A stretch of 64,000 bases of DNA, taken from Tubiluchus corallicola (taxonomy: Eukaryota; Animalia; Priapulida). The position numbers and the translations under genes were made by a program. Under the pieces are notes generated by a model that ran no database searches, was not told the DNA's origin, and saw only the letters and a program-made list of their open reading frames with translations. The stretch is taken from NCBI GenBank assembly GCA_030141605.1, contig JAQGDQ010000046.1, positions 558,001 to 622,000 of the forward strand, given 5' to 3'. Below are positions 27,301 to 43,500 of the stretch, piece by piece. Numbering within the stretch: position 1 is the first letter of the stretch; each line of letters opens with the position of its first letter.

Positions 27301-30300
27301 GAATGTAATTTTCAAGTTGTATCCTAGCAAAGTAATAAAAACAATAAGCCAAAGCTTTTTTCTTAGTATAGTTCTAAGAAATGATGAGAAACAGTATTTA
27401 ACATAAGTGAAATTACAAAATTACATAGCTAAGCTTCACAGTTTTAAATCACTGAACCTCAAGTGTGTATGGTTTGTATACAGACTACTAATTAAAGCTA
27501 TGAGTAAATGTATAATAATAATTGAAATAGTGTTTGAAGACAGCAACTGTATTGCCAATGGAAATACGTGTAAGTGGTGAAAATTCTAATAAAATCGACA
27601 TTTACAAGTCTAACTTTTCAAATCTTTGTGAGTTCTGAGGCTTTTTACTGCAACCATCCAAAGCAAGACCTTGAAGCAACTGTAACTGTCTCTGAGCGAG
27701 GTCCATCACAGGGAGAACTTTTACTTGGGACATTTGTAAGATTTTCTGCCTCTGCTAGTAACTACGTAACTCATTAAGTTTGTATACTTAGAAGAAATAC
27801 AGAAAATACCGGATATTGACAGTGTTGTTTTAGTATTGTTTTGTCCTGATCCAGCAAGACAGAAAAGAATCGATAATGCAGTAGACACTAGAAAAAACAG
27901 GCAAATAATATAAAAGCTTCTCAGTTGTGCTCAAACGGAACAAAGTTTCAATCAAACTCAAAGAGCCAATCCAGATTTCTTTGTACAATATGAATTGTAA
28001 GAAGACTTTTTCATTCGCATCTCTTCACCGAATCAGGGAGAAAATTCTAAGCGAAAAACCAATATGAAATTAATGACTGCAGAACAATTAAGGAGGAATG
28101 CATTTGTATAAAGTTTCATTTTCTATCAGCAACCTCAGCATATCATCATCTCTTTCGAAGTTAAACAATAAAAAACCTTCTTTCCCAACATTTTGGTTCA
28201 CTAACGGTTTTCTTGCTTATCCACAACAATCTGCGTAAACAATTGATGTGAATTGTTAACTTGCAATGTCATGTTTCAATACATACGTTTCAAAGTGACA
28301 TTTCAATACACAATGAAGCCACACGTTTGACTGTTATGAAGGTTTTGATCAGGCAGTACACCCATACAGCATCTAAGTTTTTTTTTAAATTTGTCATTAC
28401 AATTTCAGTTGGACGAGTTTCTTACTATTTATTCTTTGAACTAAAGATGTTAGCAATTTGTATACACAATTTAAATTAGCAACTTGTGTAACTGAGCAAA
28501 TATCCTGTTTTACCCTTGGCTGAAATAACACTTTCTAGAGAAACTTCGAAAAACACAATCGGTTTTTGGTGTCTACTTATTTTATTCATGCAACATACTT
28601 ACAAGAAAATGTCTTCTCCTACAGGGGCTTGCTCAGGCACATATGCATCATGCCTGTCTAAATCATGAGAATATGAACCATCCATAATAACAGTTTCCTT
28701 CCATGATACCTGCCTGGTAGGCCCACCATGAATAGTAGCCTTTAGTCGTGTAGGTTCAATTAAAATTAAACCCTAAGAAGTAATAAAAAGGCTGTAATTT
28801 CAAGTAAATTATAAATTCTTGAAAGCCAATCGAAAAACACATTTATAATATTTTGTTTTGATCTTGGATTTTCATTTTCCCTATAGTTTAGTTCTTTAAT
28901 GTATGCTGAGAGTAAATGTAATTAGAACTACCTTTTTCTACATTATGCATATTTATTTTTACATGTACATAGAAATTTAAGGCCAATATAGAAATGCATC
29001 ATAAATAAGTGCCAATAAGATAAATAAATAAGAAAATTGATAAGAGTACAGCTACTAAAAATAATATAACAAAAACTTAAAGGAGTCAACATTCATGTTT
29101 CTAGCTAATTCTAGATTTTTCTTTAGAATCAGGAAAATGGTACGAATAGGAAGTTTTCTTTTGGGAAGAAAAGAAAGAATTTTCTAGAGAAAGAATGAGG
29201 CAAAGTAAAAGTGGTGATGATGACAAGAATTTACAACTATGACTCAAACATTAGGATTATTTGCAAAGTATTTTCAGAGAGATAGAGCATCATCTGTAAG
29301 TCAAAATAATGACGGGCAGCTAGCAACATTGTTTTTGGTGAAAAAATTCATTAAACGCCCATACACATGTTAACTTTTATTAATACAGTACATATCTTAA
29401 TATCTATTAATGCGATACATATCTTACCTTCTATTAATACAATACTTATACATTATTTACTACTGATACAGGACACAACAATGAGTGCTGAAAACTGTGA
29501 AAATGTAAATATGTTGCAGTTAGACAAAAGTGCAAATACTAAAATGTACACATTTTTTCTAGGAAACAGTACTTTTTTATGTATAATATCCCTCCCTGCA
29601 AATCAATGGTTGCTCCTTACCTGTGTATAGTTTTCAGCAATTGTAGACAAAGTGTTATTATATAAGTATGCAGTGCCAACAACAACATAGATCCCTGGCT
29701 GCAGAAGTCTCTCTGGAATCGTTAAATGCACTGTAGTTGTGTTCACATAATCCGGCAGTGTAATATTACTAAAACTTCCTTTGGACAACTGACTGCCATT
29801 GGCTATGTACATAAGACGATCAACAAAACATAAGTCATCCGGAAGTACATACGTGAAATTCCAAGGTGCCAACTTTTCGCTTTTGATTTGAAATAGTTTC
29901 CATTTGTAACGTACAAGCATAGAAGGACAGTAAGAGCGTGTTTCAGAACGAACAGTAAAAGGACTCCACATTTTAGTTTTCAATGCATTACTCTTGTTGC
30001 AGCCAGCATTTTCAAGTTTAAGGTTTAATGTACAATTATGCTTAAAGATGGTAATGTTTAGATCAGTAGACACAACCCATGACAATTTCTGTTCACCGTC
30101 ACGTATGACTGCTTTGACTTGAACATCGTAAGAACCTGTCTTTTTGTACCTATGACAGTGTCGGTACGTTCCCGTCAGACTACCATCATTTTTTGCTCTC
30201 TCCCGTATGTTGAAACTCTCTTCCGTATGTTTAAGTTCAGCAGAGTCATCCCCAAGAGTCCAAATGAAATCCACTCCAATGACAAAAATTGTAGCATGAA

Positions 30301-31513
30301 GGATGAAACACGTTTCAGCACCAACTTCACGAGCATGGTCTGTCTGAAGGTCTACCTCAATTCCCATAAATATTTTTGCTAAAATGAAAAAAAGCATCAA
30401 TTAACTTCTGTATAGGACAACTGCTTTGACTGTACAATTTGTATACACTGCACAATTATCATTCATCTCATTACAGTGCCTCGCCTTTGTGGTCGCAGTT
30501 ACAAGCATTTGTACTTAATGCTACACAATTTGTAATACAACTCCTATTTCATCTATTTCATCGTAAAGGCTGGTCGAGCACAATATCAAAAATGACCATA
30601 AAAGCATCACCAATAACTGAAATAAGAGTATTAGACAAGACAGTCATGAAATCAAGCCACTAAAAAAACAAGAATGCAAAAAAATGTCGATTAAAAAATC
30701 TGTCCATTTTATGTAAATAATGCAAACTTGCTTCTAAGGCAGTTACAGAACAGATGCGCCAGGTAACATGTGGACAACACACTAGCTAATGCCACATAAT
30801 TCATAACACTATAAACATACATAATGTTGCGAAAAAATAACCAAATTTCTTACAAAATTCTATGTCCAAAAAAGTTTATAAAGTAGTATTAGAAAAAGAT
30901 CAAATTTGGACACAATGTACTGATTATGCATAAAATTCACAATTAAAATGCCCAAATACACCAAATACAACATCTATACAAAATTGGTTTCAATGCAGGT
31001 AATAGCAATTTTGTCATATTCAAACTATACTAGAAAACAACTGTTTTTCTACATTCCACATATGCTGATAGTGCGTTTGCATTCGAAAGTAATTTATTAA
31101 AAAAGAATCTACTGTTATTCTTCTAAATTATTTCCAATGTTTTTTCTGTCATCATTTATATTTAACGTATTTATATGTTGCTCAATTAAATTCAAAAATT
31201 CCTCACCACTAAAAAATCATGTAATGACTGTAAAAAGTAGTTTACATAAGCAAAGTTTATGTTATTCTCACAAAAGTTTTCATTCACAAAACAGAAGAAT
31301 ACTTTGTAAACTCATTGAAGCAATCAGCAATTCATGCATTACCGTTCTCGCAGTTATTTCCTATGTACGTTTCTGTACAGTTGCAAAAGTATTGTTCTTC
31401 ATTTTCCGAACAGGTTCCGCCATTTCTACAGGGATCAGATCCACAAACACTTGTATCTGCAAACAGTGCATATTGCTTAGATGACCATACAATCAATAAT
31501 ACATAATAAAATG

Positions 31514-31553
<40 letters not shown>

Positions 31554-34500
31554 AATAACATGACTATACAATAACAAAACAACAACAACAAAGTATCAAA
31601 AAGAAACATTTTAGTAGTATCTTTTCCCCTAGATATAACATGCTTTGCTGAAAAATCGTATTTTACTATGCTTTTTTGCTCTGGGATTTTCTGTTATGAA
31701 TACTTAAACATGACATATTTTGGTTAACCACACATCACTAGTTTAAGCTATAGCTGGCTGCACTGACTACATATGATCTAACCTCTGACTCTGTAGATAA
31801 AATAAATAAACATAAAATGAAAATTATTATATCTTTTAAGAAGTACATATTGAAACGCAATGACAAACAATGCAAAGAATAAAATTGTTATTTCAAAAAA
31901 AAAGATGTTACTTCATCTTAACGTTAAGTTTGACTTTTCTTGGCCCTAAGTCCCACAAAAGTGAGCATTTTACCTATTTCAAAAACACTATAACTGTCAG
32001 AACTGCCACAAATCATAAGGTTGTCCAAGGCACAAGGTGCATCACAATTCGAGTCGTTGACTGCAGTTGACAAATTGACCTTGAAGCTACAAAAGCAATC
32101 TGCAGAATCTCGTAATCCAGCAAATTTATAGGCTTCAGCCTTACATAACTCCACACATCTTTCAGGGTGACCATGGCCTGGAGATTTTTCTACATCAAAA
32201 TCTTTTTCTACATCATAACAGCCTTTATACTTCAAGCCCTCTGAAAAAAATTCCAACAATAGCACAACAAAATACTTCTGTGACATTAGCTCACACGTAC
32301 TTATAATATTTTTACATCAAAACTGCAATTTTACCTAAAAAGAGACATAAAATGGCACATATTATGGCACAATTCATGAACACAATGAATAATAATTACA
32401 AAAGTGACAGAAGTATAAAGAAACAGAATAAAAGTAGTATGCCAAAATAGTTAAATACATGGTCCAGGAAAACATTCCCCCAAACAAACTTACAACCCTT
32501 CATCCCGGTTGAGAGCTTTGCAAAAGAAACCCGAGTCATCATATAGCTCGGTTTCTCCTCTTTCCAAAGAGCTATAAATTTTTCCCCAATGTGCCCAACA
32601 ACACATTTAGGATGATTTTCTACTGGTGCTTCAGCAATGAACAAGAGTTCTTCACCTGCCACTCACACAGGAACACTGTGTAGGAAAAATGTCTCAGTTT
32701 TGCTTGATGGGGCTCTTGGAGGAACTTCAATTTTTTTGAAAAGCTGAGAAACTGCACCACTAGGCATGGGTCGCTTTTACAAATGCCTCTGATAGGATGA
32801 AAGGATGAAGGGCTAATCTGGGAGAACATTTTTCTGAACGACCCTGTATAATAACAAGTACAAGTACAACTATTATCTCTCATTCAATGAACATAGGTAA
32901 GCAAAAGCAAGTACTTCCTATTGGCCTAAAGACAGAGTAACTCTTTACAGTGTGATCGGTGTTGCACAAATTGCAGTATCGTTTTGTATTCGGTTTCAGA
33001 TATGAAAGATAATAAACAGTAGATAAGTGGCACACTATTGCAAACTATAGTCTGTGCAAAACTGACTGCCAGCCAAAGAAACAGCAGAGTGAAGAACTGA
33101 GGACTTCCATCTGCATTCAATAGAATGAAAGCATCGTTCCAATCACTATGCTGGTTTTATTCGTGAGATAAGAATGCTTTTACTTTTTAGTGCAAATGAA
33201 GCATTCATATTCCTTAACTTTTCTAATCACCAGCTGGCATGTTTTCTAAATGACTAAAATCATCAGCCATATAAATATATACAACATGTTGTCTCCTATT
33301 TAAATATTTTATAAAATTGGACCAATCTAAACTCCTACTAATATGGCTAACATCGCCATCACCATCACTGTCAATATTTTAATCACAATAACCAACACTA
33401 TGACCATGATCACCATCACCAGAAAACCAAGCAAATCAGATACCTTTAATGAATAACAAGAAAGCTACCAAAGGACCATTGGCAATTGCAGATGAACTCA
33501 GATCTAATGAAATCAGTGCAGGAACAGTTAACAGTAACAAAAGTAATTCTATAAGATAATATATGCCCATTAAGTATAAACAATGCATTTGAGGTAATAC
33601 TGGTTAAAAAAACAAGAAATTACCATATTTGCATTCTGTATTATTAAAAGCTGGTGGGCAACCACAAAAATGCTCGTCTTTGTTTACACAAGATTTATCA
33701 TTCTGGCAGGGATTTGCTGAACAAGTGTCCAAACCTGCAGTATACACAAACTTCATTTTTATGCTGCCAGAAAATTTTACATTGTATAAAGCATCTAAAT
33801 GATTACATTTCTGCATCAAATAAGAACAAAGTAAAAAATTAAAATTTAATAACTTTAATTCAACAACAGTGAGGCATGCCTACAATGCCTTTTCTGATAA
33901 AAAGGGCATCTTGCTATCAAAATGAGCTACTTAGTATATATGTAACTAAATAAGTAAAAGCTGACAATAATTCTTATCCCACAATTCTCAAAATTGCAAT
34001 CAAATCAATGCATCAACAAAGAAATTTCTAGAACTCAGAAAGGCCACTGTAAACAGCAAAATTAAGGTGAAATGAGCAGCAGCACCTCAGACTCACCATT
34101 AATGATATTTGAGGATGACTCAAAATAATTCCTTGGGTGCATATTTTAAGTGTTCCATGTAAAAATACATCAAACATTTAAAGTACATTGAAAATACATT
34201 GAACCAGAGAATTTTTGCTGATGGCAGTCTCAGAACTGATTTTCCAATTGGCCATTTTTTTATTCAGCCATCAGAACTAGCCTGAACAGACCGCTCACCC
34301 TTGCCACTGATTTTGCTTCATCTAACAACCAAAACTTTTATGCAGACATGAATTAAGTATTATTTTAATGCACTCACCCGTCTTATATATGGAAACATAT
34401 GAGATATTAGCGCAATGCTCATTTTGTTCAGCAATACACGGTTCGCTACAATTTGTTTCATCAACTTTCGATGCCTGTGTCATTACGTTGCCACAAAGGC

Positions 34501-37500
34501 AATTCGGGTTCTGTAATCCAGCATAAATATAGCCAATTGAACGACAATATGCCACACATCTTCTAGGACTCGTATATAGTGAACCTTTACCAAATACGAC
34601 AGGAAAATCGGCTGTCTCATATCCATTGTAGCACCCGACAGGATTTAGATATCCTAATGCAAGATTAATTGATAAAACAAAAATCACGTTATAAAATGTT
34701 CTGCAATGGTATGGCTACAAATAATTTTCTTAATACTTCTCTATGTTATACAATATACATGTACTGTATATTATAACACTGACATGTACCACACGGCAAA
34801 AGATCGAATACAAATTCATTATTTCAAACTTCATGAATTCACTGAATTTAAACACAGTTACTGAAAAATCATTCACATCCTTATTCCCTAACCCAATAAA
34901 GCAATGACTACACTTCACGCTGCGATACGAACAACTTCAAATTAAAGAAATATGAAAACATTTGAACAAATTTTTAACAGGGTTTTTGGATAATTGCAAC
35001 ATTAGTGTTAAGCACTTGTTTGTCATTATGAAAAAAACACCAAACTAAACAAATTTTTACAAAGCACTAAAACATGAAAAACTTTTGTGCTTTGGTGACA
35101 TGTTAAATGACAGATACCAGACAAAAATTCTGTATGCTCCATACTGTGACTGTATTATAAACCTTATCAGCATCAGACCTGACAGAATGATTTATATCAA
35201 ATATTGTGTCATCTCTCTAATAAGTGGAATCCATTATATTATGTGTTATGTTGATAAATAATTACATGAATGGTTGTTAATAAGCTAGGAATGAAAAAGC
35301 ATGTGAACTTGTAGAACCTTTTATAAGTATATCCTAATAAAAAAACATCAATTTTAGTTTATTAGTCTGCTACTGAATAATTGGCACATGTTACATGCAA
35401 GTTTTGATTGTCTTTGTCATCACCTGTAACAAATCATTTCATGCATTTCGATTTAAATTATAATTACGTTATAATTTACGTTAACTTAAATTATAATTAT
35501 AATGATATAAAAATAATATAATAATATATTATAGTTAAAGCCGTGTACAGGGCTTAAAACTCGACAGAGTTTGTTTTGATACTGATGATTCTCCAAAAAA
35601 CAAGTCTGGTTTAGTTTGGGTGCTGTCTAATGCAACTTTTGGTGGTTATTGCATTTACAGAGGAAACATTCTTTGCTAGCCAGTCAATCAAAACTTAAAA
35701 TCAATGAAACCTCATTCAGAACTCATTGATCTGGATAGCTCATGTATAGTGATAGTGTCGAGTAGAAGATTTCAACTCGCCTCCAGGCAATTGTAGCAAC
35801 AACTTTGCTGATATGTCTGCACTTTACTGCTTAAGGCTTAAAGCAAAATCCTGATTCGACTAATAGCAACAAAGGGCAAAAACTGTTGCAACTCTATTAC
35901 GATAATATAATGGCAAACCATTTGATAGTGGTCTGAAATCGGCAGACCTTAACAAACTTGAGCACCTTACTACACAATGTCATGTACAAGTGTGGTGCAA
36001 AACCTAGTGTGAATACTCACAATTACCTCTCCAGCTAGAAATAATAGGCATACCAAACCACCGGCAATGCATTTTAAACAACATGGAAAAGTGCTCAATA
36101 TGGCGAGCAATGGCTTGTCAGGTAAACTGTGCATAGCTCACAAGATTAGGGCATTTAATACTTATTCTGAAAATATACTAGGTATTGAGATACCACTTAC
36201 TTCAACCGTGAATATTGGTCAGTGTCACCACATCTCTGAACTATTGCTTCAATGGTGAATATTGGTCTGTGTTTCGATATTCCTGTACTACAATATGCTC
36301 ACACCCAAGGAAGTTAAATTTAGCGTTAATTTAATGAAGGAAGATAAAGCCGCTGGTAAAATTGGGATGACACAAGTATAATCAAGATGTTACCTGAAAA
36401 CTACTATTGTTGTTTACATATATTTTTAATTGTCTTTTTTAAGTCTGTGCTTACCCGCAGTCATTGAGTATATATTTTATATTTCATACTTTTTTGCAAA
36501 TATTTCCTATATATTTTTTAATTAAAGAGTACGTAGGAAACTAAATATCCAAGATAGTGTTTTTTCATAATCAATAAAGCAATGTGTATTCATTATTGTG
36601 GGATATAAATTTTATCCGTATTAGCAAAAGTACATGACGCTCTGCTAAATGAAAGGCTTAAAATGTAGTGGTTGCCAAATTTAGAACAAACAGTGCTAAT
36701 GCAGAACATGGGTGCACTGTCCATTTGTTCATTGAAATCGCTAAAAAATTTAGACAGTAACCTTACGTAATTTTCATAGATTTCAGCGCAGCATTTTATA
36801 GAGTCTCTAGTAATAAATTAATTGACGAAATCACAAAATTGGACTGCAGTAAAAAATGACCAAAACCATACAAGCTATATCTATGCTACATCTCAAGGTA
36901 GCTTGAGAAGCATGACCATTGCTGTCGGTGAATCAATCTGCTCCATTTGCATCTCTCTTGATGAAGCTAATTAGTAAATCCACTTATTCGTCGTTTGAAA
37001 CAGTTAGCCAATGATTCGTTTCTCTGCACATTACGAAGTATCTTCATGATGGATCCTGTTTGCGATCTCATGTGATAAATGTGCAGAAAAACTAGAAATG
37101 TTAAATCAGTTCTATCGTGACTATGCTATGATCATCAATAACATTAAGACACAAGTTTATGGTCACTACCATTTATAGGAAACCTCTTAATTGTGGTAAC
37201 ATGTCCATAAGCTATCAACATCAGTACATCTATTTAGGTTCTATTTTAATGGCAGATGGAGACAGATTCAGCATTGAGTGCTGTAGAGGAAACAAGCATA
37301 AACTTAAGTAAGTAGATTTCATACAAAGAAATCTATTGTGCACATTCTGGGTTAAGAACGGGTTTAGAACCATTAGTGCCCCACTTCATTCATTTTATGT
37401 GGATGTAAAGTCTAGCTAACTGAAAATCTGAAACTGGTGGCAACATGAGTTCATGGACTACCTAAAGAAATGTCGCTTGGTTAAACGTTCTGTAATTAAT

Positions 37501-40500
37501 ATGATCTTTGTCTGCTTGCAATTGGACTTCCATCATTATTAGCATACACAATACTCTTTAGAAAGGTTCTTTAGAAAACTCTTTAGCAACCCTGGCAAAT
37601 TCGAAAATGTCTTTGTTATGCACATATTCAATATCATTGACGGACCATGTGACCATAAAAAAATGATATTGTTAAACGTAAAGACAATTTTTGTCATGAA
37701 TGAAAGCAGTAAACTGATGTGTACAAACTATGTAATCATGGTTTGTACAAACTGAAGACGCATAATGTTAACTTGACACGATCTAATGTTAAAGAAAGCA
37801 ATCAAAATTTTCTGATTGCAGCTAGGTTCCCTGCCCACAAGCTCTGCATATAGGCAAGTTGTCAAGGTCCTCGAGGTCCCCTAAACGAAATATGGCATGT
37901 TTCTGTAATGGCAAGAATTTGCCTGTTCAGTCAAAGTTTCAAGTGTTATGTGAGTGCACTCTAAGGATGGCTGCTATAGTGTGCATCCATCAACACTGAC
38001 AGCTTGTAATCAATTCTTATATATATACAATTTTCACATCAAGGCGCACAGATATACGATTAATATAAATGACATATAAAATTATGTTGGTCGATAAATG
38101 CAATTGCAATCTTTATCTATTTTTAATTGAATTAACAACCAGGAATAGAATGACCTTATTCATTTCTTCTTAATTTTGTGAAAATACTCTTTGAGATAGC
38201 TTATTAATTTTGGAAAGAAGAACTGTAATTTTCACTGACTGAGTAGATTTTACTAAGAACTTCAACTTGGAATTGGAAAAATTGTGTACAGTCAGTTATC
38301 AACAAAAATTCTTTAAGATTTTAAATTCAATTTTAAAACTATTTAAAATTCATATAGTTAAAGGACAAAAAGTACTTTGACAAAATATAAAGTAAACGGT
38401 AGTAAAAAAGCTTTCCTGTAGACTAGCTTCATAGTACAACAAGTTTGAAATAAGTTTGCAGTCTTTTATAGTTTATGCAAATTATACATTCCCTAAATGA
38501 TTCATTTGCCTTGTGTAACTAAGCAACACTAAAGTGGCTTGCGGCTATTATTGTGCTGACAAGTGACCCATACTACATTCAATGGTGACTATATGTAAGG
38601 TAACAATAGTACAATAAAATGCAACTTCAATTCATAAAGTGAACTGTTACAGTCAAAACACCAATTACTATGTCAAAATTAGCTCAGAAGACCTCATGAT
38701 AATCTCACAATAATCTCGTAAATGCATGTGATGGTGTTATGCCAGCATGCTATCTATTGTTCCTACTGAACGCAAGAATAAGGGAGAAGCAATGCCTGCC
38801 AACTTGTTAAGCAGATAGCAACACCATCCAATAGCATAGTATGATGCTGATGGTAACATAATGCTTAAATAACAAGTGAGCAATCCACATGGCCATAAAA
38901 GATTTCTATTACGCAAAATTAACTTAAAATTCTCTTAAATTTAAAAATTATGAATGAAAGTAATATTTTATCGACTTAATTTTTTTCCATTTGAAAAAAA
39001 CTGCTATGGAAAGCTAATAACAGAGAGCTTAAAGGAAGACAGGATAATTTTTCATATACTGCCCCATTTTCAAGACGGTAAAAAGTATACATTTCAACAC
39101 CAGTAATACTGGAAAAGCGGTTCTGTTAGTTAAATAATAGATTAAAATCTTAATTAACGGGCAGGCGAGGCCAACTGTTGATGAAATCACAAACGAACAG
39201 AATTTTCAACAGCAAAAATATTCCATGAGGGCGTTGCATGTGTTTGTGAAAAAAATTGAATGTAAGAGATTCAGCGCACTGTAACAAAGCTCAGGCAGTT
39301 TTAAGATAAAAATTCAAATCTCAAATTTATTGCTGTGCTCATGCATGAATTGTTGAACATGTGCAGTACGTCAGAAACAAACACATCTAAACTGAGAGGT
39401 ACAGCAATGTTTTTTTGTGCAATACGTTTTCGAAATGCAGGCACTAGTGCCCGTCTAACTAGAGAATGGCGAAATGCATGTAACAGCAAAAAGCTAGTGG
39501 CGCGAATATGAAATTGCGCTTGCGCTGTAATAATTCTTACATGGAAAAAATAGTGTCTCCTTTCAGTATTTTAAAGAGTAGATTATTTTGACTTGCAGTT
39601 TAAGATTGAGTACCATTTTACTTTAAAGGCACACAATAATTATTAGTAGTAATTATTAATCACAGTGCTGTTGATTTTACTAGTAGTAGGTCATGGCTAA
39701 AGTTGTTTGTTTATTCCACCTACAGCAATTGAAGCCTTTATCTACATTCTACTTATCATACAAGTGGCTTTCACAAAGTTTAATTTTCGAAATACTTGTC
39801 CAACACCAATATTGAATATAAAATCACAATGTAGTACTGCATTTTTTTAATAATGTCACAGAGCCCACATTCAGTCTAGAATACCAAAATTAATTATAAT
39901 GCACTTCTAACAACAGTACATGTGAAAACTCAAGTAATCATTAATCAATAACCTCATAGCTAGCAAACTGTGCATACAAACCTGTTGTGAAAATTCTGCA
40001 GGGTAAAGTTTGACCGCATGTACTGTGGACATCACAATGATCATCACACTGTGAGCGAAGGCCTGTGCTCACATCTCTTGATTCTATTTCACTGTGCTTA
40101 TCATAAACATTAGAGCACCAGCATTTAGCCAGGCCAACAGTGTCGTTTTTTACAAGTGCCAGTATAGCATATTCATAACTGCTTCCAATGCAAGCCTCAA
40201 TACAATCCCTTTTTGATTGTTCAAAAGCTATTTGTGTAATCTGATGGTCATAATTACTCACTGTGGTATTAAAACAGCCCAGTTCAACCTTATAGCCTGA
40301 AAAAGAGATTAGAAGTTGCAAAATGACCCTAATATAGCAAAACAATAGCAAAAATACTCAAAAGCAATATTTCCATTTATACAGTCTAAATTAATTGAAA
40401 GAATATTTGACTCATTCATCCAGACCCATAGCTTACAATTCTCTCGCTTTCTTATCAATATATTTAACCATATCATGCATAATATCATTAAACATTACGA

Positions 40501-43500
40501 GCACCGTTTACAACCATCATTGCACAATCGTGTAGTGAGCTTTTTGGTTCATGAAAGCTTGGCAACTTTTTTAAGGTCCATGATAATTTTTTTACATGGT
40601 TGGAAACTAGGATAGCATATAGGCATATTAAGACTTCAGAAATCTACTATTGAAAACTTTCGACACATACTTCGAAATGTGAAAAGTGCGTGGGCAATAT
40701 ACACTACGACTGTCGGCTACTGCTCTACTAGGGCAATTTTTGGGTGCACGTTGCAAAAGCTTGCAATGTGGTATTTTGATCAATCATGGTTAAAGACATT
40801 TTTGAACTAAGGTGGGAGAGGGAGAGTTGGGCTTTAGTGTGGAATGTAGAGTGCTTGAAATACCACGTAAATGCTGTCAGCAAATCGAACCGTCACTTTT
40901 AAACACACACTTGTGTTTTGGGATAGCCTTGAGACAAAAATGGTGTCGGAAGATGCTAGCAAATAAAAATTATACAAGTAATAAAAGTAAAAAATTACAT
41001 GTTCTTGTAAATCGTGGAACACTAAAGACAAGTTAAACATAATAAACTTACTCGACATCAGTAATTATGTGAGGTACACATACCACAAAAAACAAGTGGT
41101 AGGTTAAATTAGTGACATTTCACATATAAACAAGGAAGCCAAATTAAATGAAGCCTAAATTTCTGTGCAGCATGCAATGTACCCAAATTTACTTAAATCA
41201 CACAACTTATCCATGTATCTTTTGCAATTTGCAATACAACTTAATACTGTAACTTATGACTCGTGATAAACTTGAATAACAAAACCATCTCTAAGTGCAG
41301 CCATCTAAAATGCTATGCATGCCCATATTCTTGGGGCCTATATTTCAGTTTTTTACACTATTGTTAAATAGAGAAATTTATCATTTACACTACACATGAC
41401 ATCTTAAAAGTAAAACATAAAATAGTAGATTCTAAAAGATGAACTTCTTTGCTGCCTGTGACGGCCCCATAGGTCTATGGTACCTCACTCCAACACCAGC
41501 ACCAGTTTTAGCTATATTTGCCCTTGCACCACTATTGTTCTTACTGTTATTGCTCGTAACTACCTCATAGTAGCTTACTGTTTATAGCTACCTCGTTTGA
41601 GCATTGATAGTAATAGGCATTTAGTTTGTTCTAGCTCTTCCCCCCTTACAGTGGTAATCACTTCTTCTATGAAGCACTTGCTTGACACTGACCTATTTTC
41701 TGATCGCAGTTACCTGTGTGGAAATAGACAGTCAGTATGGGCTATGCGACGTACAGTTACATATATGACAAAAGTGGTTGAAATGCTTTCACCTTTTAAC
41801 TAGCAGACAAACCCCAAAAATATCAGCAGCTTGATGCTTTGAACCTTTATTGTTCCAAATTTCACTAATGGATAAAGAGCTGGGTGCAAGAACTAGTTGC
41901 AGTGTAACTGTTATGGAAGAACAGGGTACACCCGCTATGAAATGGCGATTAGTGGCCGTATTTGATGGACTGGTAGTTAACCACATCTTGTGAGACCATC
42001 ATAGTGGTGGAAGTCGGCCTCCGCGTTATTAGAGCCATTGCTTGAGAGGATTCCCATACGAGTCCGCCATGAGTGACGCTTGGAATTCCCAGGACCAATG
42101 GTGGGAGTACGTTGGTGGTGAGCAACAGATACCAGTCGTCAGGTGGCCCTTTCTTGCTCTTTGTGGTGAATATGACTTGTTGAGAAACCTGCCGGCCAAC
42201 CGGACATCTGTGCATTATTTCCCCCATTACGTGGCACCACGATTTGAGTATCTAGCTAGAGCACTAATATTAATGAGGTAGCTACATGTTATGTACATTT
42301 TATGCGTTTGCATTGTATTGCAACCAAGCTTAATATGTTAAAATTGTCATGTCAAAATATATCGTTAAGCTTAACTCTTTTGCTATTTATGTATGAAGAC
42401 TATAATCGATGCCTGACGACTAAAGGAGCAACATCGTTAGAACACCCCATAGCTATAAGCCCTTATCACACTCGGCCAGTAGTCAGGTCTCGGTGCTTCC
42501 TAACCCTAAGAACCGACCCTATTACGCCATCACACTGCCTCTTACAAGTTTAGCAGCAATCACAGATCTTACTGAATTTGGCATAATATTAAACTGTTTT
42601 GAGAAAACCTATGGTATCTGTTTGATATGTTGTTCTCCTTGCTATAACAACACACTAGTACTAAAACAATGATTCAACACTTAATTCAACAGCCATTCCT
42701 ACATTGTTGGAAATACTATGACAACCATGTTTGTCAGACTGTATGTTTTATATTCAAACAAGGCATTTCTTCTTTATAAATGTGTAGTAAAGTTATTTTG
42801 TTATCCATTAGAAAATTGAAAAAGCAACGCACTCAGCCAGCATGCAATTTATTGCTTCTACTGAACTGCAGTATACTGTGGGCTGATTTGGTAATCACGT
42901 CATTTTAAGGACATTAACCATTACACATGTATTCATTTATTGAAGAAAATAAAGAAACTCAGAAAACTACAACTAGTTATATAATGATTGATATTTTCGT
43001 TACAATGAATGATGGCATATTTGACAAATAATATTCAGAAAATAACACTGACCTGTAAGGTATATGCTGTAATAATTATCTCCACCACAGTGAAAGTCAG
43101 GATTTGCGGCACATAGCCTGTTACATTCTTTATCAGATACCGAATGAAGATTTAGCTCCTTTTTATCATTACCACATATGCATTCCGCATAGTCGTGCAA
43201 CATTGCGTAATTATAGCCGGTCGTACTACAAAGTGCAATGCACCTTTCAGGATGAGCGGCAAGACCACGAGGCCAAACCTTTACATCATCCATTCCAGCA
43301 ATATCAGGACTTCTATAGTAACATCCGACATACGTCCATAACTCTAAAAGCAATTAATTCGATTCTTAGTTATTTCAACAGTTTTGAAAGCCAATCGAAT
43401 AAGACAAATGACTAGTTTCCTGCAATTTCACCTCTACAGCTTAAAATCAGATATTTTTGTTTGAAAAAGATGCATGCCAAACAACATATCATAATGTACA

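Noticed and set aside
34654-39981. Missing EGF or WSC exons or a nested gene in the 5.3-kb intron
   Set aside because: No Cys-patterned open exon with credible splice sites found by eye, and the flanking exons join in phase.
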